A DNA stretch of 44,475 bases. It comes from Crocinitomicaceae bacterium (GTDB lineage: Bacteria > Bacteroidota > Bacteroidia > Flavobacteriales_D > Crocinitomicaceae). The position numbers and the translations under genes were made by a program. The stretch lies in contig CBFIBY010000004.1 of the NCBI GenBank assembly GCA_965660955.1, positions 1 to 44,475 on the forward strand, written 5' to 3'. Positions 17,200-25,429 of this stretch are shown one piece after another. The number at the start of each line of letters is the position of its first letter. Positions within the stretch are counted from its first letter, which is position 1. The notes under the pieces are model-generated. The model had not been told where the DNA came from, made no database searches, and saw nothing but the letters and a program-made list of their open reading frames with translations.

Positions 17200-17604
17200 T
17201 TATTTCCCAGAATATTCTACGATATTGTTTTCAGTTTCCCACAAACGAATGGTCAATCCAAGATGACTGGGAAGTTTTACATTCAGTAATTCCCAAGCAA
17301 TTTTTGCAATATTTTCAGCGGTCGGATTGATTCCTTTGAATTCGGAAATATCAAGATTTAAGTTGCGGTGATCAAATTTGTCGGTTACCTCTGATCGGAT
17401 CAATCCTTTTAAAATCTTTAAATCTATCACATAACCTGTAATTGGGTCAATGGGACCATCCACCCACGTTTCCATAATGTAATTGTGTCCGTGATAATTT
17501 GGATTACTACATTTTCCGAAAACTTCCAGATTCTTAGCGTCATCCCATTCCGGATTGAACAAGCGATGTGCGGCATTAAACGTTTCTCTTCGACAAACTT
17601 TCAT
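17200..17604 (-). CDS. 6-pyruvoyl-tetrahydropterin synthase-type COG0720 protein (PTPS/QueD family)
   Basis: 134 aa. It has FNAAHRL, then FGKCSNPNYHGHNY (Cys-x5-HGH), and the C-terminal ETENNIVEYSGK. From memory, this closely resembles animal PTPS (FGKCNNPNGHGHNY ... ETDNNIVVYKGE). Confidence 0.85.
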   Translation of the reverse strand: MKVCRRETFNAAHRLFNPEWDDAKNLEVFGKCSNPNYHGHNYIMETWVDGPIDPITGYVIDLKILKGLIRSEVTDKFDHRNLNLDISEFKGINPTAENIAKIAWELLNVKLPSHLGLTIRLWETENNIVEYSGK

Positions 17605-17607
17605 TGT

Positions 17608-18144
17608 TTATTTTAAATGGGGGATGATTTTATCCCAATGCGAATTCATTATTATGTTGAACCATGCTGTGTAATTGTTCGGATTTTTAATCATATCCAA
17701 TTTCAAGTCGTGCAAATTTATAAACTTCATTTCTGAGACTTCGTCTGGGTTAATCTTATCGTAAGAATCACAAAATCCAATTAATACATGGTCCAATTCA
17801 TGTTCGACTAAATTACGATTTAATTCTGCTCTATACTCAAAGGGAAAGAGGTGTTTCACTTCCGCTTCAATGTAAATTTCTTCTTTTAATCTACGAACAG
17901 CGGCGTCTTCAATTTTTTCTCCTTTGGCAGGATGACTGCAGCAGGCATTGGACCACAAGCCAGGCGAATGATATTTCGAGTCGGCTCTTTTTTGAATGAG
18001 CATTTCTCCATTCGTATTGAAAAGAAAAACGGAAAAAGCGCGGTGAAGCAGACCTTTTTCATGTGCTTGGAGTTTTTCCATTGTGCCCAAATCGTTGTCG
18101 TTAGAATCTACAAGAACAACTTCGTTGAAATTCAATTTATGCAT
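17608..18144 (-). CDS. idi: Isopentenyl-diphosphate delta-isomerase, type 1 (Nudix)
   Basis: 178 aa with the blocks GLLHRAFSVFLFN, WSNACCSHP and VEHELDHV. The ATG overlaps the crtB stop (TAATG). Confidence 0.9.
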   Translation of the reverse strand: MHKLNFNEVVLVDSNDNDLGTMEKLQAHEKGLLHRAFSVFLFNTNGEMLIQKRADSKYHSPGLWSNACCSHPAKGEKIEDAAVRRLKEEIYIEAEVKHLFPFEYRAELNRNLVEHELDHVLIGFCDSYDKINPDEVSEMKFINLHDLKLDMIKNPNNYTAWFNIIMNSHWDKIIPHLK

Positions 18145-18980
18145 TATATCATGTTCAAATTGTGTCGGACTAATGACGTTACATACAATCGATATTTTTT
18201 TGTGTTCGGAATTCGAACACGCTCTTGAAGGATAACCTCAGGACCCGTATGTTTAATTTTCTGAAATAATTTATAATAATACTTGTAGGCCATATAAACG
18301 CCGAATCGAGAATCTTTCGGCAATTGTTTTATGCCCTCATATCCCGCTTTAAAATCTATTTCAATATCGGCTTCAATTTCCTTTTTAATGATTTTGTTGA
18401 ACGTGTTCAAATCTATTCCCGGGAAATAGGTGCGGCCTAATTCTTTGTAATCGGCGCTCAAATCTCGCAAGAAAATGATCTTAAGGAAGGCTGAACCCAA
18501 TTACATTGCTGAAGCTTTCAACCGCTGATATTCTTTTTCATCTCCTCGAACAAATACTTTGAGACACATGAGACCTACCACTTCGGCCGATCCTAAAATG
18601 TAATTCTCGTATTCTTCCTGACTGTATGTCGTTTCTTCTAAATCCATTTCCATAGACTTCAAGAAAGTTTCGATTAAATCAAGAGGGATATTAAACCCAT
18701 TGACGGCAAATTGAAAGCTATTTAATATTGGATTCAATGAAATACCCAATTCAATTGCTTCATAGGTTTGACGTTTGAAATCGGCCAGCAAATTTTCTTT
18801 ATCAAATCCATGAAATGAATCGACAATCTCATCCGAAAAACGCACGAAACCGTAAATTCCGTAGATTGCCTTGTGCAAATCTTTGCTCAATCGACTAATA
18901 CCCATCGAAAACGACGTACTATATCTTTTAGTCGTCATTTCACTGATATCATGGGAAAGGTTGTCGAAAATCGATTTCAT
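18144..18980 (-). pseudogene. crtB: Phytoene synthase CrtB interrupted by one in-frame TAA (18501..18503)
   Basis: ORFs 18501..19007 and 18144..18500 are contiguous in the same frame (minus strand ...GCA ATG TAA TTG GGT...). The N-part carries YGFVRFSDEIVD (the first Asp-rich motif). The C-part carries LGSAFLKIIFLRDLSADYKELGRTYFPG (the second motif). The likely true start is ATG 18980. Confidence 0.8.
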
Positions 18981-18984
18981 GTAC

Positions 18985-20457
18985 TTATATTTTAAATTCT
19001 TTAGCAATTTGTTTGGCTACCACCTCTCCCGAAACGATAGAAGGAGGTACACCAGGCCCAGGAACAGTCAATTGCCCCGTATAAAACATATTGGAAAGCT
19101 TTTTGTTCGTTAACCTTGGTTTTAGAAAGGCCGTTTGTCGTAGGGTGTTCGCTAAACCATATGCATTTCCTTTGAATGCGTGATAATCATTTTTGAAATC
19201 TTCCAAGCAATAACTTCGGTTGTAGACGATATTTTCTCGAATGTTTTCACCTGTTCGTTTTTCTAAACGTTCGAGAAGTAATTCAAAATAGGCCTCTCTT
19301 TTTTCTTCGCTATCTTTTAAGTTGGGTGCAATAGGAATCAAGAAAAATAAATTTTCATGTCCTTCTGGAGCTACACTTGGGTCTGTAATTGACGGAACGC
19401 ACGTATAAAATAAAGGTGAACTTGGCCATTTCGGATCCTCGTAGATTTCCTTTGCATGTTTTTCAAATTCTGTATCGAAAAAGAGATTATGATGTTTTAA
19501 GTTCTTTAGTCGTTTGTTTACACCAACGTAAAATATCAGGCATGACGGTGCCATTGTGCGTTTGTCCCAATATTCATCGGAATAGTTTGCGTTTTTACCC
19601 AATAACATTTTGTCCGTATGGTGATAATCAGCACCCGAGACAAAAATATCTGCATGGTGATTTCCCTTGGCCGTATTTGCCGATGTAATTTGTTTGTTCA
19701 AAGCCTCGAATCCCGTAACCTCTGCATTCGTTTCAATTTTCACTCCTTGCTCTTTGGCAATGCTAGCAAATGCTTCAATTATGTTGTGCATTCCGCCCAT
19801 TGGATACCATGTGCCAAGGCTTAAATCTGCATAATTCATCAAGGAATAAAGTGCTGGCGTGTCTTTCGGCATGGCGCCCAAGAACAAAACAGGGAATTCC
19901 AAAAGGGAAAGTATTTTTGGATGTTTGAAGTATTTTTGGGTGTATTTTGTAAAGGATTTGAGCAAATGCATGTTTAACAGTCCTTTCAAAATACGCATAT
20001 CCGCAAATTCGGTCAATTTCAAACTTGGTTTGTGCACCAAATCTTGCATGCCGACTTCATACTTGTATTTTGCTTCCGCCAAAAATGTTTTGAGATGTTT
20101 TGAACTTCCCGGCTCAAGTTCTTCGAACCAAGTGTACAATTCTTCCATTTTCGCGGGAACATCTGTATGATCGCCGTCCTCCCAAAATATTCTATAGGAT
20201 GGATCAAGCCTTTTCAAATCGTAAAAATCAGAAGTGGTTTTACCAAATTGTTGATAGAAACGTTCAAAAACGTCTGGCATCCAATACCAACTTGGTCCCA
20301 TATCAAATACAAAACCATCGGCTTCAAACTTCCGAGCTCGTCCACCGATGGTATCATTTTTTTCAAGGATTGTAACGTCATAACCGTCTTTCGCTAGGAA
20401 ACTTCCCGCTGAGAGCGATGAAATTCCGGAACCCAGTATGACAACCTTTTTTGGCAT
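18985..20457 (-). CDS. crtI: Phytoene desaturase CrtI
   Basis: 490 aa. The FAD dinucleotide fold is VVILGSGISSLSAGSFLAKDGYDVTILEK. The C-terminal block YTGQLTVPGPGVPPSIVSG is typical of CrtI. Confidence 0.92.
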   Translation of the reverse strand: MPKKVVILGSGISSLSAGSFLAKDGYDVTILEKNDTIGGRARKFEADGFVFDMGPSWYWMPDVFERFYQQFGKTTSDFYDLKRLDPSYRIFWEDGDHTDVPAKMEELYTWFEELEPGSSKHLKTFLAEAKYKYEVGMQDLVHKPSLKLTEFADMRILKGLLNMHLLKSFTKYTQKYFKHPKILSLLEFPVLFLGAMPKDTPALYSLMNYADLSLGTWYPMGGMHNIIEAFASIAKEQGVKIETNAEVTGFEALNKQITSANTAKGNHHADIFVSGADYHHTDKMLLGKNANYSDEYWDKRTMAPSCLIFYVGVNKRLKNLKHHNLFFDTEFEKHAKEIYEDPKWPSSPLFYTCVPSITDPSVAPEGHENLFFLIPIAPNLKDSEEKREAYFELLLERLEKRTGENIRENIVYNRSYCLEDFKNDYHAFKGNAYGLANTLRQTAFLKPRLTNKKLSNMFYTGQLTVPGPGVPPSIVSGEVVAKQIAKEFKI

Positions 20458-20469
20458 AAAATGTTTTTT

Positions 20470-20979
20470 TTAATTATTGTTTTGGTACTCAGGAAGACTG
20501 TCCATTAATTTTTGACGAGCAATGTATATTCTACTTTTAACTGTCCCAATCGGAATGTCTAATTCTTCTGCAATTTCTTTGTATTTGAAGCCCAAGTAAT
20601 GCATTTCAAAAGGCTTCTTATACTCTACATCTAAATTACTGATTTCATTTTGGATTTCCTTAGCAATTAACAGATTTGATGGATTTGAGGCTCCAGAACT
20701 AGGCTGGTTCAATAAAAACCCTTCTTTTGAATTGTCGAAAATCGTTTTTGATTTTACCTTTCTACGGTACTGATTGATGAAGATGTTTCTCATAATCGTA
20801 AATACCCAAGCTTTAAAATTTGTTTTGGGCGTGTAATACGTTCTATACACAAAAGCCTTCATCATTGTTTCTTGTGTAAGATCCTTCGCGTCGTCCTCAT
20901 TTCTCGTGAATTGAAAAGCAAATGACTTTAAATACGATTCCAAATCGATTAACGCGGTATTGAATTCTAAAGTTGACAT
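20470..20979 (-). CDS. ECF-type RNA polymerase sigma-70 factor
   Basis: 169 aa. Region 2 reads DAKDLTQETMMKAF ... FKAWVFTIMRNIFINQYRR. Region 4 reads YKEIAEELDIPIGTVKSRIYIARQKL. It ends 12 nt upstream of crtI. Confidence 0.88.
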   Translation of the reverse strand: MSTLEFNTALIDLESYLKSFAFQFTRNEDDAKDLTQETMMKAFVYRTYYTPKTNFKAWVFTIMRNIFINQYRRKVKSKTIFDNSKEGFLLNQPSSGASNPSNLLIAKEIQNEISNLDVEYKKPFEMHYLGFKYKEIAEELDIPIGTVKSRIYIARQKLMDSLPEYQNNN

Positions 20980-21006
20980 AATCCCTTGTTTTTAAAGTTG
21001 ATGGAA

Positions 21007-21014
21007 CAAATGTA
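21007..21014 (-). promoter_or_regulatory. Candidate -7 box (TACATTTG) upstream of the sigma/crt operon
   Basis: The minus-strand sequence TACATTTG matches TAnnTTTG, 27 nt upstream of ATG 20979. Confidence 0.3.
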
Positions 21015-21080
21015 CCAACTTTTGTTTAATCTTTTGAAGAAAAAGTTAAACAAAATGTAAAAAAATGCAAAAATCCCATG

Positions 21081-21104
21081 AAACCTACGTGAGAAAGTAG
21101 GTTT
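21081..21104 (-). terminator. Candidate intrinsic terminator of purK
   Basis: An 8-bp stem (aaacctac/gtaggttt) with an 8-nt loop overlaps the purK stop. On the minus strand it is followed by T-rich CATGGGATTTTTGCATTTTT. Confidence 0.45.
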
Positions 21105-22242
21105 AGGATTTAACTTTTAGAATATTTTTTACTGAAATAGCCGTTTTTTTGGCATTTTCCATGTGAGATGAGGTAACTGTGACGTGTCCCATTTTGCGAA
21201 AAGGCTTTGTTTTTTCTTTACCATAGAGATGAATATGAACACCTGGAACGGCGATAGCTTCTTCTAAACCGACATAAATTGCGCTTCCTTCAAAGCCTTT
21301 CTCCCCGAGAAGATTAATCATTACGGAAGGCTGAGTGATTTTAGTTGAACCAAGCGGCCAATTCAAAATAGAACGCATATGCTGTTCGAATTGAGAAGTT
21401 TCGTTTCCTTCGATGGTTTGATGTCCACTGTTGTGAGGGCGGGGTGCCACTTCATTCACGAGTATACTTCCGTCATTGGTCAAAAACATTTCAACGGCTA
21501 ATATTCCAACAAATTCAAGTTTATTGGCAACATCTATGGCAAGTGCTTGCGCTTTCTTCTCAATCGATTCATCGACTTCAGCTGGGGAAAATAAAAATTC
21601 GACCAAATTAGCTTCTGGATTGAATTCACTTTCAACGGTTGGATAAACGGCTGTTTCGCCTTTTGAATTTCTCACTACAATAACAGAAAGTTCTTTTGAA
21701 AACGGAATTTTGTTTTCTATTAAAGAAGGTGCATCAAACAATTGTGCTAAATCCTTTTCCGAAGAAACGACTTGGACACCTTTGCCATCGTACCCGCCTG
21801 TTCTTAATTTCTGAACGAAAGGAACTTGCGCCAAACTTCTCACCTCTTCAGCATTATCGGCCAAGCGGAAAGGAGCCGTTGGAATATCGTTGTCAGTATA
21901 AAACTGCTTTTGCAAGCCTTTATCTTTAATTATGCGCAGAATTCGGGGTTGAGGATAAACCGGGATACCTTCAGATTCCAATTTCTCCAGAGCTTCAACA
22001 TTGACATTTTCAATTTCGATAGTTAAAACAGATTTGTCTTTTCCGAATGCATAAACGGTATCAAAATCTTGCAATGAACCGTGGGTGAAACTCGAAGCCA
22101 AATGCGCACAAGGTGCTTCTGCATCAGGGTCAAGGCAATGTACGTGGACATCATAGTTCATCGCATCTTGAATGAACATTCTTCCTAGTTGCCCACCACC
22201 AAGCATTCCTAATCGAAAATTTTTACCGTAGTTCTTTTGCAT
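21103..22242 (-). CDS. purK: 5-(carboxyamino)imidazole ribonucleotide synthase PurK (ATP-grasp)
   Basis: 379 aa. The N-terminus is LGMLGGGQLGRM, with an ATP-grasp core and the blocks EVAPRPHNSGH and RKMGHVT. Confidence 0.92.
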   Translation of the reverse strand: MQKNYGKNFRLGMLGGGQLGRMFIQDAMNYDVHVHCLDPDAEAPCAHLASSFTHGSLQDFDTVYAFGKDKSVLTIEIENVNVEALEKLESEGIPVYPQPRILRIIKDKGLQKQFYTDNDIPTAPFRLADNAEEVRSLAQVPFVQKLRTGGYDGKGVQVVSSEKDLAQLFDAPSLIENKIPFSKELSVIVVRNSKGETAVYPTVESEFNPEANLVEFLFSPAEVDESIEKKAQALAIDVANKLEFVGILAVEMFLTNDGSILVNEVAPRPHNSGHQTIEGNETSQFEQHMRSILNWPLGSTKITQPSVMINLLGEKGFEGSAIYVGLEEAIAVPGVHIHLYGKEKTKPFRKMGHVTVTSSHMENAKKTAISVKNILKVKS

Positions 22243-22327
22243 AATTGTGCAAAGATAAGAATCTTCTTTTCTGAAAAGATGATAAATAGAAAGTCATCGA
22301 AAAGCTTCTAAAATCCTAAGATTTCCT

Positions 22328-22335
22328 TAATTTTG
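22328..22335 (+). promoter_or_regulatory. Candidate -7 box (TAATTTTG) for hpt-adk-obg
   Basis: It matches TAnnTTTG and lies 20 nt upstream of GTG 22356. Confidence 0.35.
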
Positions 22336-22355
22336 CAGACCAATTCAATGGTGTA

Positions 22356-23477
22356 GTGATTCAAATTCGAGACAAACATTTTGTTCCTTTTATAAAGGCA
22401 GCTGAAATAAAAGCCGAAGTATCGTCCTTGGCGAAAATGCTAAACAAGGAATATGACGGGAAAGATGTAATTTTCATCGCGATTCTGAATGGGTCATTTA
22501 TGTTCGCCTCTGATTTATTTAAAGAAATTGATTTACCAAGTGGCATCAGTTTCATTAAGGTTAGTTCTTACTCTGGAATGAATACGACGGGGCGCGTTGA
22601 TGAAATCATTGGTTTAACAACAGATATTAAAGATAAGCATGTCGTTATACTTGAGGATATTGTTGATACGGGTATAACGATTGAAAAGGTGAAGAAGCTG
22701 ATGTGGTCGGAAAAACCCGCGTCTATCGAAACATGCACATTATTATTTAAGCCAGAAGCTTTTCAAGAGAAAGAAATTCCTAAATTTATAGGATTCTCGA
22801 TTCCAAATAGATTTGTGGTGGGATACGGTTTAGATTACGATGAATTGGGAAGGAATTTAGGAGAGATTTATCAATTAAAAGAGGGAAAATCCTCAAATAT
22901 AAATATGTTGAATATTGTATTATTTGGCCCTCCGGGAGCCGGAAAGGGAACACAATCAGAACGTTTAATCGAAAAATATGGCTTGTCGCATTTGTCTACA
23001 GGTGATATTTTTAGGTACAACATAAGTGACAATACTGAATTAGGTGTTCTCGCAAAAAGTTACATGGACAAAGGTCAATTGGTGCCTGATGAAGTGACGA
23101 TTAAAATGCTTCGCGATGCTGTTGAAAAAGATCCAGATTCAAAAGGTTTTATTTTCGATGGATTTCCAAGAACAAATCCCCAAGCAAAAGCTTTAGATGA
23201 ATTATTGGAAGAATTAGGAACATCCATTTCGGCTATGCTTTCTTTGGAAGTAGAAGAGGAAGAATTGAAGACACGATTGAAGAAGCGAGCTGAAACGAGC
23301 GGTCGTCCAGATGACGCAGATCCAGCAATTATTCAAAATAGAATTAATGTGTATCGAGCGGAAACTGAACCAGTGAAAGCTTATTACCAGAATCAGGACA
23401 AATTGATTGGTATCAATGGGCAAGGCACTATTGACGGAATTACACAGCTTTTGTTTGAAGCGATTGATTCGCTTTAA
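22356..23477 (+). CDS. hpt: Continuous ORF fusing hypoxanthine phosphoribosyltransferase (N-terminal) and adenylate kinase (C-terminal)
   Basis: 373 aa with a GTG start. The Hpt part has the PRPP loop VVILEDIVDTGITI and the family C-terminal end VVGYGLDYDELGRNLGEIYQLKE. A 9-aa linker region (KEGKSSNIN) follows, then a complete Adk. I checked the codons across 22860..22920 and found no stop in frame. Confidence 0.7.
   Translation: MIQIRDKHFVPFIKAAEIKAEVSSLAKMLNKEYDGKDVIFIAILNGSFMFASDLFKEIDLPSGISFIKVSSYSGMNTTGRVDEIIGLTTDIKDKHVVILEDIVDTGITIEKVKKLMWSEKPASIETCTLLFKPEAFQEKEIPKFIGFSIPNRFVVGYGLDYDELGRNLGEIYQLKEGKSSNINMLNIVLFGPPGAGKGTQSERLIEKYGLSHLSTGDIFRYNISDNTELGVLAKSYMDKGQLVPDEVTIKMLRDAVEKDPDSKGFIFDGFPRTNPQAKALDELLEELGTSISAMLSLEVEEEELKTRLKKRAETSGRPDDADPAIIQNRINVYRAETEPVKAYYQNQDKLIGINGQGTIDGITQLLFEAIDSL
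22905..23477 (+). CDS. adk: Adenylate kinase module (could also be translated independently from internal ATG 22905)
   Basis: It begins MLNIVLFGPPGAGKGTQSERL (P-loop), a normal Adk N-terminus. The blocks LSTGDIFR, GFIFDGFPRT and GRPDD are present. It is short-lid type, with no Cys4 lid. Confidence 0.55.
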   Translation: MLNIVLFGPPGAGKGTQSERLIEKYGLSHLSTGDIFRYNISDNTELGVLAKSYMDKGQLVPDEVTIKMLRDAVEKDPDSKGFIFDGFPRTNPQAKALDELLEELGTSISAMLSLEVEEEELKTRLKKRAETSGRPDDADPAIIQNRINVYRAETEPVKAYYQNQDKLIGINGQGTIDGITQLLFEAIDSL

Positions 23478-23501
23478 AATCAACTAATAAAAATCAACCT
23501 G

Positions 23502-24491
23502 ATGGCATCTGATAATTTTGTCGATTACGTAAAAATACATTGCAAATCAGGAAATGGTGGAGGTGGTTCGGCGCATTTTCGTCGTGAAAAATACATCACG
23601 CAGGGTGGTCCTGATGGCGGTGATGGTGGTCGAGGAGGTCATATCATTCTCCGTGGAAATACCCAAATGTGGACCTTGTTGCACCTGAAGTATAATAAAC
23701 ATTTCAAGGCAGAACATGGAAAGCATGGAGCTGGAGCTTTAAAAACTGGTGGTCAAGGAAATGATGTTTTCATTGATGTGCCCATTGGAACGATAGCCAA
23801 AGATCACGAAACAGGTGAAGTCTTATTTGAAATTTCAGAAGACGGTCAAGAGGAAATTATCATGCCAGGTGGTCGAGGTGGACTTGGTAATAATAATTTC
23901 AAATCCTCTACCAATCAAACACCGCGCTATGCGCAGCCTGGAGAACCTGGTCAAGAAGCTTGGTGCATACTTGAACTAAAAGTTTTAGCTGATGTTGGAT
24001 TGGTAGGTTTTCCCAATGCTGGAAAAAGTACGTTGTTATCTGTTGTATCCGCAGCAAAACCGGAAATTGCTAACTATCCGTTTACCACCCTAAGACCGAA
24101 TTTGGGAATCGTGGATTATCGTGATGGTCGCAGTTTCATCATGGCCGATATTCCAGGAATTATCGAAGGAGCACATGAAGGAAAAGGTCTAGGACTTCGA
24201 TTTTTAAGACATATCGAACGAAATTCATTGTTGTTGTTTATGGTGCCCGCTGATAGTGACGATATCAAAAAAGAATATGAAGTATTGTTGAACGAGCTGA
24301 AACAATACAACAGCGAAATGCTGCTGAAAACACGACTGTTAGCGATCACGAAATCCGATATGCTCGACGATGAATTAAAAGACGAGATTAAGAAGGACTT
24401 GCCGGACGTTTCATATTTATTTATATCATCTGTGGCCGAACAAGGTTTAACCGAATTGAAAGATTTAATCTGGAAAGAATTGCAAGACTAA
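23502..24491 (+). CDS. obg: GTPase Obg/CgtA
   Basis: 329 aa. The Gly-rich Obg fold reads [28 protein letters not shown]1 is [10 protein letters not shown]3 is DIPGII and G4 is ITKSD. Confidence 0.93.
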   Translation: MASDNFVDYVKIHCKSGNGGGGSAHFRREKYITQGGPDGGDGGRGGHIILRGNTQMWTLLHLKYNKHFKAEHGKHGAGALKTGGQGNDVFIDVPIGTIAKDHETGEVLFEISEDGQEEIIMPGGRGGLGNNNFKSSTNQTPRYAQPGEPGQEAWCILELKVLADVGLVGFPNAGKSTLLSVVSAAKPEIANYPFTTLRPNLGIVDYRDGRSFIMADIPGIIEGAHEGKGLGLRFLRHIERNSLLLFMVPADSDDIKKEYEVLLNELKQYNSEMLLKTRLLAITKSDMLDDELKDEIKKDLPDVSYLFISSVAEQGLTELKDLIWKELQD

Positions 24492-25075
24492 TGGAAACAC
24501 TTGAAGAATGGGACAGAATCATCGTCTTAACGGTGAACGGCTGGAATCAACCCTGGTTGGACCATTTCATGTGGATTGTTTCTGGTAAACTCACTTGGAT
24601 GCCGCTTTGGCTTTTGTTTATTTATTTGGCATATAGAAAATTAGAAACCAAACCTTTTATTGCTTTTTTAGTTTGTGCGTTAGTTTCTATCGGAATTGCA
24701 GATTTTACAGCGGCTCAAATTTTAAAAGAAGGCATAAAACGATACCGACCTTCGCATAATTTATTATTGAACGAAAGTCTCCATTTTTATCAAATGTCGG
24801 CGAAAGATTTTTATATGGGTGGACAATATGGTTTCGTTTCGAATCACGCGGCTAATTTCTTTGCTATTTGTTCATGGGTGGCCGTATTGTTTTGGAACTC
24901 GAAACGTTGGTTTGTTTACTTAATGCTATTGTCAGCGGCGCTGGTCGGATTTAGTAGAATATATTTAGGGGTGCATTACCTTTCTGATGTAATTGCCGGA
25001 GGACTTTGGGGGATGCTAATCTCTTGGTTGATTTATCGTTTTGTATATTTGAAATGGATAGCAAGATATTCATGA
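24491..25075 (+). CDS. PAP2-family phosphatase (integral membrane)
   Basis: 194 aa with three PAP2 motifs: KRYRPS, VSNH and SRIYLGVHYLSDV. It has multiple TMs. The start overlaps the obg stop (TAATG). Confidence 0.85.
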   Translation: METLEEWDRIIVLTVNGWNQPWLDHFMWIVSGKLTWMPLWLLFIYLAYRKLETKPFIAFLVCALVSIGIADFTAAQILKEGIKRYRPSHNLLLNESLHFYQMSAKDFYMGGQYGFVSNHAANFFAICSWVAVLFWNSKRWFVYLMLLSAALVGFSRIYLGVHYLSDVIAGGLWGMLISWLIYRFVYLKWIARYS

Positions 25076-25425
25076 ATTATCTTTTGATTTTTCTCGGAGG
25101 TGGATTGGGTAGTGTGAGCCGGTTTGGTATTTCACGACTCTTTTCTAGTGTTTCGTTGAATTTTCCCTATGGAACACTCGCTTCAAATATTCTCGCCAGT
25201 CTTATTTTAGCTTTTGCTGTTTATCAAATGCCCAAGGCTGATACTGGATGGTTACCTTACTTTTTGGTGATTGGTTTTTGTGGAGGTTTTAGCACATTTT
25301 CAACCTTCAGCCATGAACTCGTAGTCCTCCTCCAAGGCGGTAATTGGTTACAAGCGGTTTTGTATTTATTGATTTCAGTGGCTTGCGGAGTGGGTTGTAT
25401 CTGGATGCTTTCCGTAAAAGTATAG
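25072..25425 (+). CDS. crcB: Fluoride channel CrcB/FluC
   Basis: ATG 25072 overlaps the PAP2 stop (ATGA). The sequence is MNYLLIFLGGGLGSVSRFG ... GFCGGFSTFSTF. It has 117 codons and 4 TMs. Confidence 0.9.
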   Translation: MNYLLIFLGGGLGSVSRFGISRLFSSVSLNFPYGTLASNILASLILAFAVYQMPKADTGWLPYFLVIGFCGGFSTFSTFSHELVVLLQGGNWLQAVLYLLISVACGVGCIWMLSVKV

Positions 25426-25429
25426 TCAA

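Noticed and set aside
18501-18503. Possibility that the in-frame TAA in crtB reflects an alternative genetic code
   Set aside because: TAA is used as the terminator of many well-delimited genes in this same window (arsM, ddl, purK, crtI, rfbC, uvrA, fabF). Stop reassignment is therefore not tenable.
22860-22905. Hidden hpt stop codon created by a frameshift
   Set aside because: The conserved Hpt C-terminus (GEIYQLKE) is in the same frame as adk. The nearby TAA (caattaaaa) is out of frame. The sequence as given therefore supports a fusion, and only a sequencing indel after codon ...KE could restore a stop. This is kept as a caveat in the finding.
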